Assembly (NCBI GenBank): GCA_964019335.1
Contig: OZ025719.1
Location: forward strand, 1-64,000
Direction of reading: 5' to 3'
DNA length: 64,000 bases
From: Diplonema japonicum
Lineage: Eukaryota; Protista; Euglenozoa: Diplonemea
A program made the position numbers and the translations under genes. The notes under the pieces are model-generated. The model was not told the origin of the DNA, searched no databases, and saw nothing but the letters and a program-made list of their open reading frames with translations. This document shows positions 21,767-32,118 of this stretch, in pieces. Position 1 is the first letter of the stretch. The number at the start of each line of letters is the position of its first letter.

Positions 21767-24700
21767 ATGAAAAGGTCGAAGCGGTCCATTGCGCGAGAAG
21801 CGAGGAAACGGCTCATGACACACGGTGACGTCCACCCCAATCCGGGGCCCGAGAAGGGGAAGAAGGAAATCACTATTATCTCTGTGAACGTGACGAACCT
21901 CCCAAATCAGCTGAACAGGGTCAAACTACAGGAGTTTGACGTGATTTGCCTGCAAGAGACCGCCCTTACGCAAGCGGGGCAATGGATGATGGACAAGGAA
22001 GCGAAGCAAGACGTTTTCCTAAAAGAACACCGTCTCTTTTGGGGACCCCCACAACAAGGGAAGGTGTCAAAAGGTGCAGAATCCCCCTCAATCGCCCAAA
22101 GAGGAGGCGTGGGAATTATGGTGAACAAGCAACTGACAGCTAAGAAGGAATCCTCCCTTTTCGAGGACCACAACACCAACTCGCGAAGGGTACATGTAAG
22201 AGTCGCGATTGGGAAACGTGACTGGTTACACATTATCACCCTCTACTGCCAGGTAAGCGACGGCTCCAGACACGCCAAGAGAAATAGGGAGGCGCTAATA
22301 TCCGACACCCTACAGAGATCGGCTCAGCTGGGGGACGTTCCGGTCATTGTGACAGGAGACTTCAACACGACGATAATGGACTCCCCGGTCCTCTCGCACG
22401 CCCTCTCTCAACATTGGACAGACGCTTCGAACAAAATATCGCGCCTACATGGAACACAAGCCCCTCCTACCTTCGTAACTGCAACAGCGAAGACGAGGCC
22501 AGACTACATCTTGGTGAACAAGACAGCTGCGATGGCGCTGACCGACTGCCAGACTCTGGACATTGGCGTACCCTCACACCGCGCACTAGTAATTAGAATC
22601 GATATGCCGAGATTCTACGAGCCCTCACTCCAGTACAGTATACCCAAGAAGATCATCCCTCTCCATGACTCCCGGAACCGCGCTCCGTACAGCGACATTC
22701 TCCCTACTTTGAGATCCCTGAAAGACAACGGGGACCTGGATGCAGCTTTCTTAGAGCTTTCTTCTGCTTGCGAGAAACACCTTTTGAGTGGAACGGCGCA
22801 GCTGGAGAATTCGATCTACTCTGGCAGAGGCGTGATTAATACCCCCAGCATGCGGAGGACGGCGGCTCCGTCTACGATGACAGCATTTGGGGCAGTCTCT
22901 AAAAAGTACCTAACACTTGAGAAAATCCGGCAGAGTGCAGCCGCTATTGTGCGGAGAGTCCCACTGTTGAAAGACCCGGCCCTGCCGTATGACCTACGCA
23001 AGAGCTGGGACAATATTAAGGCAAAGGCAATTAAGATCCTACGGTTCCACCCGGAAACCTTCTCCGAGGGTAACATCGTCAAGGAAGCAGACCTGATTCG
23101 GGAGAACGTTACGGCACGACAACGGAACATGGACATCGCTTCGAAGATCCTGCGCAACGTGAAGGCACGGAGGGATCTGAACTCGGGTTTCTCGGTGAAC
23201 CGGAGCGCGATTATGCAATTTGTGACGGACAAGCCAAATAGAGAGCTAGTTGCAGCAAACACGAACGGTACCCTCTCGACCTCAGTCGAAGAGATAGACC
23301 AAGCCTTCAGGTCGGCATGGCGCCACATCTTCCGCAAATACGAGGACCACCCTGAGCCGAGTTTTGATTCTTTTGAGGAAACTTTTGGGTCGCAGATCAC
23401 CCACCACCCCATGGTCGACCTCGCGATCACGCTAGAAGACCTGCGAAGAGTGCTGAGTAAGAAGGAGAAACAGGAATGCGCTGGGATTGATGGATGGAGG
23501 CTCTGCGAACTCGCCCACTTACCAGATGCCCTGCTAGAGGGATTCATCTTCCTATACAACTGGATTGAGGATGAGGGACGATGGCCAAAGGCAGTCCTGA
23601 CCGCGCTTGTTACGATGATCCCGAAAGGAGAATCCGAAGAGCCGCTAGATCACAGACCTATTACTGTATCGAGCGCATTCTATCGGCTCTGGGCTGGCGC
23701 ACGACTACCAGCCATCCTCGAATGGCAAGAGGAGTGGATTACTCCGCTCCAATTCGGCTTCAGACCGGAACACAGCACAGATGACCTCCTCGCGAAGGTC
23801 TGCACCAGTGTGGAGTTGGCAAAAGTATCTGGCAACCACCTTTGGGGTCTCTCGGTCGACTTCAAGAAATGCTTTGACTCTGTCCCCCACGCACTCACGT
23901 TCGAACTGGTCGATCGGTTAGGCCTAAGCCAGCTCATCCTGAGACCGATCAAGGCCATCTACTCTGACCTAATCCGCCGCCTACGTTTCCCCGTGGGAGT
24001 AGGTGCTCCATTCCGAACCACGAATGGAATACTCCAGGGATGCCCGATCTCGCCCGTTTTCATCAACGCAATCCTTGCCATCTTCACCAAGAAATGTACG
24101 GCAAATCCAAGAAACGCACACCCAGTGTCATATGCAGACGACCTTAACTTCACGTCAATTACCTCGGAGGCCGCGGTTCAGCGTTCCGTAAATCTACTAG
24201 GCAGCCTTTGCAAGCTCACGGGGATGACCGTACACCCGAAGAAGACCAGGTCATTTGGAACGAAACCCAAACACCGGGGGAATGTGAAGTTGAACGGAGA
24301 GACCTTTGCCACGACCAGTAGTCTGCAAATCTTAGGGGTACAAATCTACTTCCAGCCGAGCAGGAGGGATAACTCGAGGGTCCACAAAGCCCTGGCCGAA
24401 ATAGAACGCCTCGCCTCAACTAGGCTATACCACGATCGCAAGGTACGGATCATCGCAGAGAACATCCTGCCATCCGCCTTCTACGGCATCCTGTTCGACC
24501 CGATCCCGGACTCTTGGCTGGAGAAATTGAAGAAGCGGATCACTCTTTGCGTCTGGGGTGCCCGCAACCCAATGCGCTCCTCCAGCGCCCTGCTGGGAAT
24601 TGCCCATAAGGGACACACCCTGGACCCGTACTCTACTGCGATCTACAAGGCCATCTCTACTCTGGGACGACTTTGCACACGACATTCGAACAAGTCCCTT

Positions 24701-25939
24701 TTCATATCATGCTGGGAAGCGTACAGGAGAGCAAGGGATCAAGGCTCTCCATCATTTCCGATGGGACCATTTGCCAATGCAGACCTATGGCTCCGAGAAA
24801 TAGGGTCAAGGTGGAAGGACTTCCAGACGAAGATACGACCGCAAGGCAAACAGCTCCTGAAACACGAGATCAGGACGCTGCTGAAAGCCAAACTACGTGA
24901 GGATCTGGCCGAAGAGCGAGACACCTACCAGGGGGTCGAAACAGGCATTGACGAGGAGAAAACGAACTTCCTCCACAACGAGGTGACGACCACCAACCCA
25001 CAGAAAGCAAGGAGGATACTTTGTGCCATTGCGGGCGCGATGCTTCCCCTACACCCCAGAGCTTACGGCGACATGAACGGCTCACATACGAAATGCCTGG
25101 GGTGTGGCACACCATATAACATTGGGAACGGGACCAGCTCCCTACTACAACATACGATCTGGCAATGCCCAGCGCACGCCGACTGCAGAACGACCAACAC
25201 TGACCGCATTCGGCTGGTGCAAGACCACGTCAGCTGGCCAAGCTGCGCCCGACTACACGGCATTATTACCTCTGATATGGACATAAGCCTGACAAGTGTC
25301 AAGGAACTACACCTGATGTTTGCGGAAATTGCGGGGAAACTCGAGAGCCTGCACACCGAGAAGCAGGTCAGATACGACAATCTGCACTTCTGGAAAAGAC
25401 CATTCCAACCGGGAAACCTATTAGAACCGAAACCCCTCATTTGGTATCACAAGCACGGGCTGGGGAAGAAGTACTTCCCGGGGCTGATCCCGTTTGTCCT
25501 CAAATGGCTGAGTGCCCTGAAATGGGGCAAGGATGGAGGGCAAGTGTCCAAGGCGGAGCTTGCTGTCGACTTCATAGCAACGGAGAGAATCCACATGGGT
25601 GGTGAAGACCTGGCATGCTGGGCTAGGAAAATCGGAAGAATCCTCAACGTCCTGGACAGGGCACACAGAACAGGAACGGGGAATCACCTGATTCCAGCAG
25701 AAACTAAGAAGTCAGTACACTCACTGCGTACCCTGGGGCTCCACAGCCATTCCATCATTGGATACTCCACTCGTCCGGTCTTCGCGTCCCCGAAGGCAAC
25801 CCACCCGATCCTAGAGGAGCAACTGCGAACGCATTGCATCCTCAACAACTCGCTAGTCGGTTTCACGCCCAAGCTGCTGATGAGATACTACGACGGGCCT
25901 AAGGCACTACCACGACAGAAGGGATCAAACACTAGATGA
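21767..25939 (+). CDS. Retrotransposon ORF2: 2A-like peptide, AP endonuclease, reverse transcriptase, CCHC zinc knuckle
   Basis: DVHPNPGP; SVNV, CLQET, GDFN, RPDYIL, SHR (APE); HRPIT, QFGFRP, DFKKCFD, GILQGCPISP, YADD (RT); CLGC...HTIWQC. True start is uncertain because the frame is open back to the ORF1 stop. Confidence 0.93.
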   Translation: MKRSKRSIAREARKRLMTHGDVHPNPGPEKGKKEITIISVNVTNLPNQLNRVKLQEFDVICLQETALTQAGQWMMDKEAKQDVFLKEHRLFWGPPQQGKVSKGAESPSIAQRGGVGIMVNKQLTAKKESSLFEDHNTNSRRVHVRVAIGKRDWLHIITLYCQVSDGSRHAKRNREALISDTLQRSAQLGDVPVIVTGDFNTTIMDSPVLSHALSQHWTDASNKISRLHGTQAPPTFVTATAKTRPDYILVNKTAAMALTDCQTLDIGVPSHRALVIRIDMPRFYEPSLQYSIPKKIIPLHDSRNRAPYSDILPTLRSLKDNGDLDAAFLELSSACEKHLLSGTAQLENSIYSGRGVINTPSMRRTAAPSTMTAFGAVSKKYLTLEKIRQSAAAIVRRVPLLKDPALPYDLRKSWDNIKAKAIKILRFHPETFSEGNIVKEADLIRENVTARQRNMDIASKILRNVKARRDLNSGFSVNRSAIMQFVTDKPNRELVAANTNGTLSTSVEEIDQAFRSAWRHIFRKYEDHPEPSFDSFEETFGSQITHHPMVDLAITLEDLRRVLSKKEKQECAGIDGWRLCELAHLPDALLEGFIFLYNWIEDEGRWPKAVLTALVTMIPKGESEEPLDHRPITVSSAFYRLWAGARLPAILEWQEEWITPLQFGFRPEHSTDDLLAKVCTSVELAKVSGNHLWGLSVDFKKCFDSVPHALTFELVDRLGLSQLILRPIKAIYSDLIRRLRFPVGVGAPFRTTNGILQGCPISPVFINAILAIFTKKCTANPRNAHPVSYADDLNFTSITSEAAVQRSVNLLGSLCKLTGMTVHPKKTRSFGTKPKHRGNVKLNGETFATTSSLQILGVQIYFQPSRRDNSRVHKALAEIERLASTRLYHDRKVRIIAENILPSAFYGILFDPIPDSWLEKLKKRITLCVWGARNPMRSSSALLGIAHKGHTLDPYSTAIYKAISTLGRLCTRHSNKSLFISCWEAYRRARDQGSPSFPMGPFANADLWLREIGSRWKDFQTKIRPQGKQLLKHEIRTLLKAKLREDLAEERDTYQGVETGIDEEKTNFLHNEVTTTNPQKARRILCAIAGAMLPLHPRAYGDMNGSHTKCLGCGTPYNIGNGTSSLLQHTIWQCPAHADCRTTNTDRIRLVQDHVSWPSCARLHGIITSDMDISLTSVKELHLMFAEIAGKLESLHTEKQVRYDNLHFWKRPFQPGNLLEPKPLIWYHKHGLGKKYFPGLIPFVLKWLSALKWGKDGGQVSKAELAVDFIATERIHMGGEDLACWARKIGRILNVLDRAHRTGTGNHLIPAETKKSVHSLRTLGLHSHSIIGYSTRPVFASPKATHPILEEQLRTHCILNNSLVGFTPKLLMRYYDGPKALPRQKGSNTR

Positions 25940-26028
25940 GTTGATTGTCGTTAGGCGATCCTGTCACATACTGCAGGTTCCCTTCAAAGACACCTTTTTT
26001 TTGTGTTTGGTTTTTGTTTGGTTTTTTC

Positions 26029-26115
26029 TTGTTACAAATATTTATCTTTCAAAAAAAAAAAAAAAGATTTTTTTTTTTTTTTTATAAAGCTACATGCAAC
26101 TTGTGCCGAGCAAAA
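26029..26115 (+). repeat. AT-rich foldback repeat, partial copy
   Basis: Matches 17284-17350. Confidence 0.75.
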
Positions 26116-26546
26116 AAAAAATCAAAAATGGCGGCATTTAACCAAACAAAGTTTTTCTTTTTATGGAGAAGTGACCTCTATGATTTTTGACCCAATACCC
26201 TGTTTGGTGGGGGGAGGGGGGGTAAAAGAGGTTGAAAATAAATACTAAAATGCATAAAAACATTATTCTAGCCCAGATTTAGCTTGCGTTTCACACCTCT
26301 CTGGCGCACGGTGGCCGGTGGGGTGAATTTCTGGTACTTGTCGGTGTTTCAGGCTCCTGAAGATCGAGTATTCCCTCATTGTCGCTTTTTACCTGATTCT
26401 CGACCCTTTCAAATTCTTAAAATGACAGGTCGCTGTTTGACCAAAAGATCCATGGATTTTTTCTTTTCTTATTTTTTTTTAATGTTATATATATGTGGGT
26501 TTAGTGGTTAAAAAGGACTTTTTAATTTTTTTTTTTTTTACTTTTT

Positions 26547-26836
26547 GGTGGGGATAACATGAGCATATAGGAAAAAACACCAGACTCGTCGGTCATCACC
26601 GGTAGCGCCCGAGTGGAAGAACATGATGCAGATGCTCAGGGTGACGAACAGGCAGCAAACTGCACGAGCGCAGAATCTTGGTTACCCGGGACGCCCCGGC
26701 TTGGGTTGAGCTGTACACCGCACGCGGCGCGGAACGCAGAAAAAGCTGCAACCCGGCTGCGGTGCGCCCCCTGTAATCAAGTAGACAGTTCTTGTGCAGG
26801 GCGCCGCCAACACCGGCCTCCTTTAACTCATATATA
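26547..26836 (+). mobile_element. Ribozyme-SINE copy 4 (P2/P3 5' strands deleted, tail type b)
   Basis: Colinear with the other copies; T-run flanks. Confidence 0.88.
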
Positions 26837-27559
26837 TTTTTTTATAAATTTTTGTCCCGTCCAGGGGGGGGGGGGGGGGGGGGGGGGGAGTGTACCAAAA
26901 GCTTCAAGAAAAAAAAAGAGAAAGAAAAAAAGAAACAGAAAGTCTTTCTAAAAAAAAAAAATAACGGATACATGCCGTGCTCCCGTATCAGTACTTATTC
27001 CTCTTCTCCGAGCGGACTTATTTTTTCGAAAAAAAAAAAAGAAAACTCTGGATTTGAAAAATAGGTTCCCCCCCTGGCGCTCCAACCTTGTTTGCAGCAC
27101 ATATAGCATGTGGTGTGCACCCGAGGAAGCCTAGGTGGCGATTTTAAGTACTACGGTAGCCCGCAGAAAAAAAAAAAGAAAAAAAAGAAAGAAAGAAATA
27201 AAGAAAAAAAATACTATTTTGTTTCCATCCTCCAATGGCTTTTTTGGTGATGACAGTGGAGCTGGAACTCAGGAGATGGACGACAAAGCAAGGAGGCTGC
27301 GGTGTATGTTGAAACGTATGCAGGACCTGTGCCCGCTGATGGCACCCTGTACTTTTTTGGAGGACCGGCCACACGGAGCCTTCGGCCGTGTCAAGGTGTG
27401 TGACGGCACCTCCCCATAAGCGAGTCGTTTCGCACAGAAGCAACATAAAAACCATAATTTCAAACTCGAATTGACTTGCGACGCAAACAAATAAGCTATT
27501 TGCCATGTTTTGGATTTAATATGAAAATTTAATTCACATTATTTCACAATACTTTTCCG

Positions 27560-27910
27560 CCCCTGTCAACTTACTAAGCTCCCAAAAAGACTTCAAAATA
27601 CCGAAGCAGCAGAAAGAGAGGAATGACTGGGGAAAACTGTTACCCTTGTAACCCCTGAAGTAACCCCCCCCTTCTATTTTCACTCTTCTGAAATTACTTC
27701 ACGCTAAATCGCATACTTACATACTTTACATGGGCTGTAATTTCACCGTGAAGTAGTAAGGGTTTCTGGTAAATAATGTGCCTCAGTCGACCAATTTTTG
27801 CCTGGTTCAGTTCCCAGTGGGGCATCTCAGTTTGCCAATTTCCCCCCAGGTTCAGTTCCACGTTGGACAACTTTTTCCTCCCAACTTGCCCATTTTTGGC
27901 TATGCCTTGG
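27560..27910. repeat. Fragments of the MITE family seen at 29530-30126
   Basis: GACTTCAAAATACCGAAGCAGCAGAAA and TTCACTCTTC..GAAATTACTTCACGC...TTGCCCA..TTTGGCTA blocks recur at 29533-29920. Confidence 0.7.
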
Positions 27911-28100
27911 CCAACTTTTCTATTTAGTCATTGATGCATTGTTATTGCTAAAGTATTGTAACACTGTTGGGCTTATCTTCTACAGGTTAACCCGGCTGTG
28001 CACAAACAACAATTCAACCGATTCCTTTTTTTTTTTTTTTTTTTTGGCATGCGGCTTTCGCTCTGGGAGTTTGCATGTTAATTTGAGTTTTTTTTTTTTT

Positions 28101-29520
28101 GGCGCGAGCGCACCGGGTGGACCCGCTGTGTGCCGTAGTATACAGTGCTTTGATGATGCTGAGGAGGTGCTGGCTGAGGCAGGACGGGGCAATGGCAGCA
28201 TGGACGCAGTTGGCACAGGCGTACGGAACTTCTGGGCAGGAGAGGCCGAGGGGGGTCGTGGGAAATGTGCTCCTGAGGTGGCTTCCGGCGATCGGATGGA
28301 AGTGGGAAAGGCTGGCAAGCTGGCACAGAGGAGAGAATCCTGGGCACGACCTCAGGGAGGCTCTGCGGAGGATGAGGACAACGGGTATTGTGAAGGCGCG
28401 AAGCACGATGGCCGGGCTTGGGATGGGCGCGGCCCCTGCAACGAACGCTTACTGGATGAAGTGCAGCGCACGCAGACCGCTCGAAAGCGTGGCGGGTGAG
28501 GAGGATAATCGCCGGGGCGGTGCCGTACCTCAGCCCGTATGCGAAACAAGTTTTACTCTCCCCTCCTGAAGAACCTGATGAGGAGGGAGGTGAGGAGCGA
28601 GGAAGAAGCCGACCACCTGGATAAGGGGAGGACGGACAAAGCAGCGGGAACGCTCAATTGCGATGTCTGTGATGCTGCGAAGGGCAGCACGGTTAGGTTG
28701 CTGCGACACCAGCTTTGGGAGTGCGAGGTCGCATTGGAGGTGCAGAAGAAGGAGGTATATAACGGTCTGGTCAGGAGCGAAAGGTGGCCGGTCTGTTTGG
28801 AGCTGCACGGGATTCTCCCGAGGAAGGTCGTGTTCCGCGGTTTGGAGAGGCTGCAGAGGTATTTGGCAGAGGTGGTGAGGCGCAGGGACGATGCTCTGGC
28901 GGTGAAGCGGTTCGCGGTTGAGAAGGAACCGCCGTGGGTGGTGACGACTCAAGGAAGGCGTTTCGAGGCGCCAAAGGTTGTGGAACTGTACAAGCTCAAG
29001 CTGACCCCGCAGCTCAGGGAGTATGGTGATCAGGTGCTGAGATGGCTGGCTGCGCTGCGGTGGGCGGAGGAGGGAACGTCCGTGTCGGCGATCGAGCTGG
29101 CGATTGACTTCGAGTGCTACACGAAGAAGACGCTGGGGGTTAACATCAACACGACGATTGACATCGACAAGAAGGCGGTGAGGATCAAGCGGATCCTGGA
29201 TACGCTGCAAGCGACATGGATGAGGGAGAAGAGGAGACGCGCTTTTCCGGCGCAGTCATGCAAGAACGTGAGATCACTACGATCCATTGGCCGCGACCAC
29301 GTCGTTGGCTTTGATAGGAGGGCCCTGTTTGCATCGGGGCTGACGGCGACCAAGCTGAAAGGACTGAGAGAAGATTACCGGAAAGAAAGGATTGGAAGAT
29401 ATAAACGACAGCTAGGCACTACGGTGGGTAGCAGGGAACGACCCCAAAAGGGGAGCATCATAAGGTAGGCACGCCACCGCGGCGGGCCGTTGCTAACCAC
29501 TTCGTTCCTATCATAGTGAA
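28101..29520 (+). mobile_element. 5'-truncated, frameshifted non-LTR retrotransposon of a second, related family
   Basis: AHRVDPLCAVVY..LRWLPAIGWKW, CDVC..HQLWEC and WLAALRW..VSAIELAIDF align with the C-terminal third of ORF2 at 21767-25939; begins after a T run and ends before a T-rich run. Confidence 0.88.
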
Positions 29521-29529
29521 TTTCTTTTT

Positions 29530-30126
29530 TATTTCACTCTTCAGAAATTACTTCACGCACTGGGGGGCCCATTACTTCACGCTAAATCTCATTACTTCAC
29601 GGTGAAATAATGGCCTGTTTTCCGTGAAGTAATAGGGGGTTTCCGTTAAATAATATGCCTCGGTAGGCCAATTTTTGCCTCGGTTCGGTTCCCAGTGGGG
29701 CTACTTTTTCCTCTCAGTTTGCTATTTCCCCCCAGGTTCAGCTCAATTGGCCAACTTTTGCCTCGGCTCAGTTCCAAGTTGGACTACTTTTTCCTCCCAA
29801 TTTGCCCACTTTTGGCTAGACCTTGTTCCCAGTTTCTGTGGGTAACTCTTCTGTGGGTAAGGGTAACTTAGTCAGCTTACCCAAGCACCCCAAAAGACTT
29901 CAAAATACCGAAGCAGCAGAAAAAAAGGAGCCAGCGGCCGCGCTAGGTATGGGAAGGCCTGATTAGAGATGGTGACAGTGGCAATGCCAGCGACAGCGGC
30001 AGCTCTTAGTCAACAAAAGGAGGAAAAACAACTTGTATTGTAACCTTTGTAACCCCTCTCTTGTTGTACCCCTTGTCACCCTGTTGTGCCCCTCGTGGTG
30101 AAGTTATTTCAGAGTGTCGTGAAATA
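29530..30126. mobile_element. MITE related to 3528-3960
   Basis: Left end TATTTCACTCTTCAGAAATTACTTCAC, imperfect inverted right end GTGAAGTTATTTCAGAGTGTCGTGAAATA; repeated CATTACTTCAC motifs. Confidence 0.6.
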
Positions 30127-30276
30127 AAACCACTTACCTACCGCCAAGTAATGCTTTACCGACCTCTCGGTTCCGCATTTTACCATCTCGGGCCCTGCGG
30201 AAAATGCGGAACCTCGAGGTAACGGTAAAGTCATTACTTGTTGGCAGTAAATAGCTATTTTTTTTTTTCTTTTTTC

Positions 30277-30318
30277 CGTAAGGCGATCCTGTCACATACT
30301 GCAGGTTCCCATGAAAGA
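30277..30318 (+). mobile_element. Isolated copy of the 3' terminus of the full-length non-LTR element
   Basis: AGGCGATCCTGTCACATACTGCAGGTTCCC is identical to 25953-25982; follows a T tract. Confidence 0.75.
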
Positions 30319-31033
30319 ATTTTTGAGATGTTATTTTCTGTAGTTCTTTTCCATTTACACTCCTTACCAAGGCGGTGCAGGGGTGCTATCTTTGCCTCCT
30401 TGTTTGCAATCTTTCTTTTTTTATTTATTTCTCTTTTTTTTTTTTTCTTCTCTCTTTCTTTTTTCTTTAAACAACAGTTCGTTATTATAAGTACTTTCCT
30501 CCCTTAAATACCTTCGGCATCTTAGGGATCACCTTAGGATGTCGCTTTCCCCCTCGAGCCAATAGTGATCCTTCTCACACACTTGCATTCTCTACCCATC
30601 TGCTGAGCTTTTCCTGCGGACATTTTTTTTTCCGGACCAGCTCTAAATGTCCAGTATTTTTTCCGAGAAAAAAAAGGGGGGGGGTTTTTTTTCCCCAAAG
30701 ACTTCTTGAGATTTTTGCAAGGTTTGGTTCCCCCCTTTTTTTTTGTTTCTTTGGCTGATTGTTGCAGCAGCACACAAAAGGTTTAAATTATTTTCTTTCT
30801 TTCTCTCTCTCTCTCCCTCCCTCTCTTTTTTTCCTTTTCAAACTCTGCACCTCCTCCTCCCCCCAAAAAAGGAAACTCTTCCGAGTATCCAGGTGCTCTG
30901 TACTGTCTTGCACCCCCCTTCATAAAGACAAAGCTGCGTTTTCTTTATCATTTCTCTCTTTTTCTCTCTCTCTCTCTCTCTTTTGCTATTTAAACTTGTA
31001 TCTTTCCCCCCCCATTTAAAAAAAAAGAAAAAA

Positions 31034-31817
31034 ATGGTAAAATTAATAATAACGGATGCTATCGAGCAGATCCTAAGGGCAAGCGCAGCGAAGGCCAAAG
31101 GTGATGTCAGAAAAGATATTGCGGCAGCTTTAAAGGGGGAATGGGACGGGGACAGTGACGATTCGCTGGCTAAGGAGGAGCCGTTGACAGTAGACTGGTT
31201 GTTGCTGAAAAGGTGCTGGCGGATGATGAAGGGGACTAAGGGAATGCCCGAAAACCTGCACCCTGTCATCGAGGGTACCAAAGTTTACACCATGAGGCCG
31301 GGCACTGAGTGGAGGCTACGCAACCCGAAGAGAAAAGAGGACTACAAAAAGATGAAAGAAATACGGACAAAGGGCGCAGAGCACGAATATAAGCAGATGA
31401 CCCAGACTATGGATGCCGGTTATAAACAGAACCAGGAATTAGCTAGTATAAAGTATGGATTTCCCCCCCCCCAAAAAAAACCCTCACAGAGAATCATTGT
31501 CACTTCCAATGGATTTTTTTGTCCTCATCTTGTGTGCAGTCCCCGCAGCCTATGTCATCGCCAAGATGTCCGCACGGGAAGAGTATGGCTGGATATTGTA
31601 TGTTTCCTTTTTTTTGTTTTTGTTTTTTTTTTTTTTTTTTTTAATTTTAAACAGAGCTGCTGTGGCTGCAGCCGGACTAGTCATGGTGGAAGGTGTCCTC
31701 ATTACAATTAGGCTTTCCAAGGTAGACGGGTGGATCACGCCTATTGATGTACAGCCAAAGGTAAAACCCCATGTCCCTAAGGTACCCCAGGATTTAAAAG
31801 AACTTAAAAAAGAATGA
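31034..31817 (+). CDS. Vma12/TMEM199-like V-ATPase assembly factor (introns 31453-31489, 31598-31654)
   Basis: EGTKVY...RNP....MKEIR....EHEYKQMT followed by two TM helices ending MVEGVLITIR; splicing joins the 30983 and 31455 ORFs. Confidence 0.75.
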
Positions 31818-32118
31818 GAAGAACTCTCTCCACCCCCCCCCCCCCCCCCCCCTTGTTTTTTCTTCTTCTTTTCACTCAATTTACAATTTTATTTCGAGAT
31901 TCTTTTTTTTTTCTCCCTTGCTCCAGTGATGATTTTACTTTTTTTTTTTTTTTTACTCCAAACACATAAAGGTCAAAGGGGAGGGGTGGACCCCCCTTGT
32001 GAGGGAGCCTCTTTTTTTTTTTCTTTTATCCCACTCCCATCCCCTCAGTGTTTTCATAAATAAAAAACACACAACAACAAATAAAAAAAAAAAAAAAACC
32101 ACTCCCCCTCCCGAAACA

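Larger units (their letters stand above)
19644..25994 (+). mobile_element. Full-length APE-type non-LTR retrotransposon (~6.35 kb)
   Basis: SL + 5'UTR + ORF1 + APE-RT-zinc-knuckle ORF2 + short 3'UTR; T tracts on both sides. Confidence 0.92.

Noticed and set aside
19137-25992. 40-bp direct repeats as LTRs or a target-site duplication of the retrotransposon
   Set aside because: The upstream copy is ~470 bp from the element's 5' end and a third copy occurs at 30277; independent tail insertions explain this better
27066-27140. Possible ingi/L1Tc Pr77-like head (CCCTGGCG...GGAAGCC)
   Set aside because: Could not build P1/P3/L3 pairings; the similarity is too short
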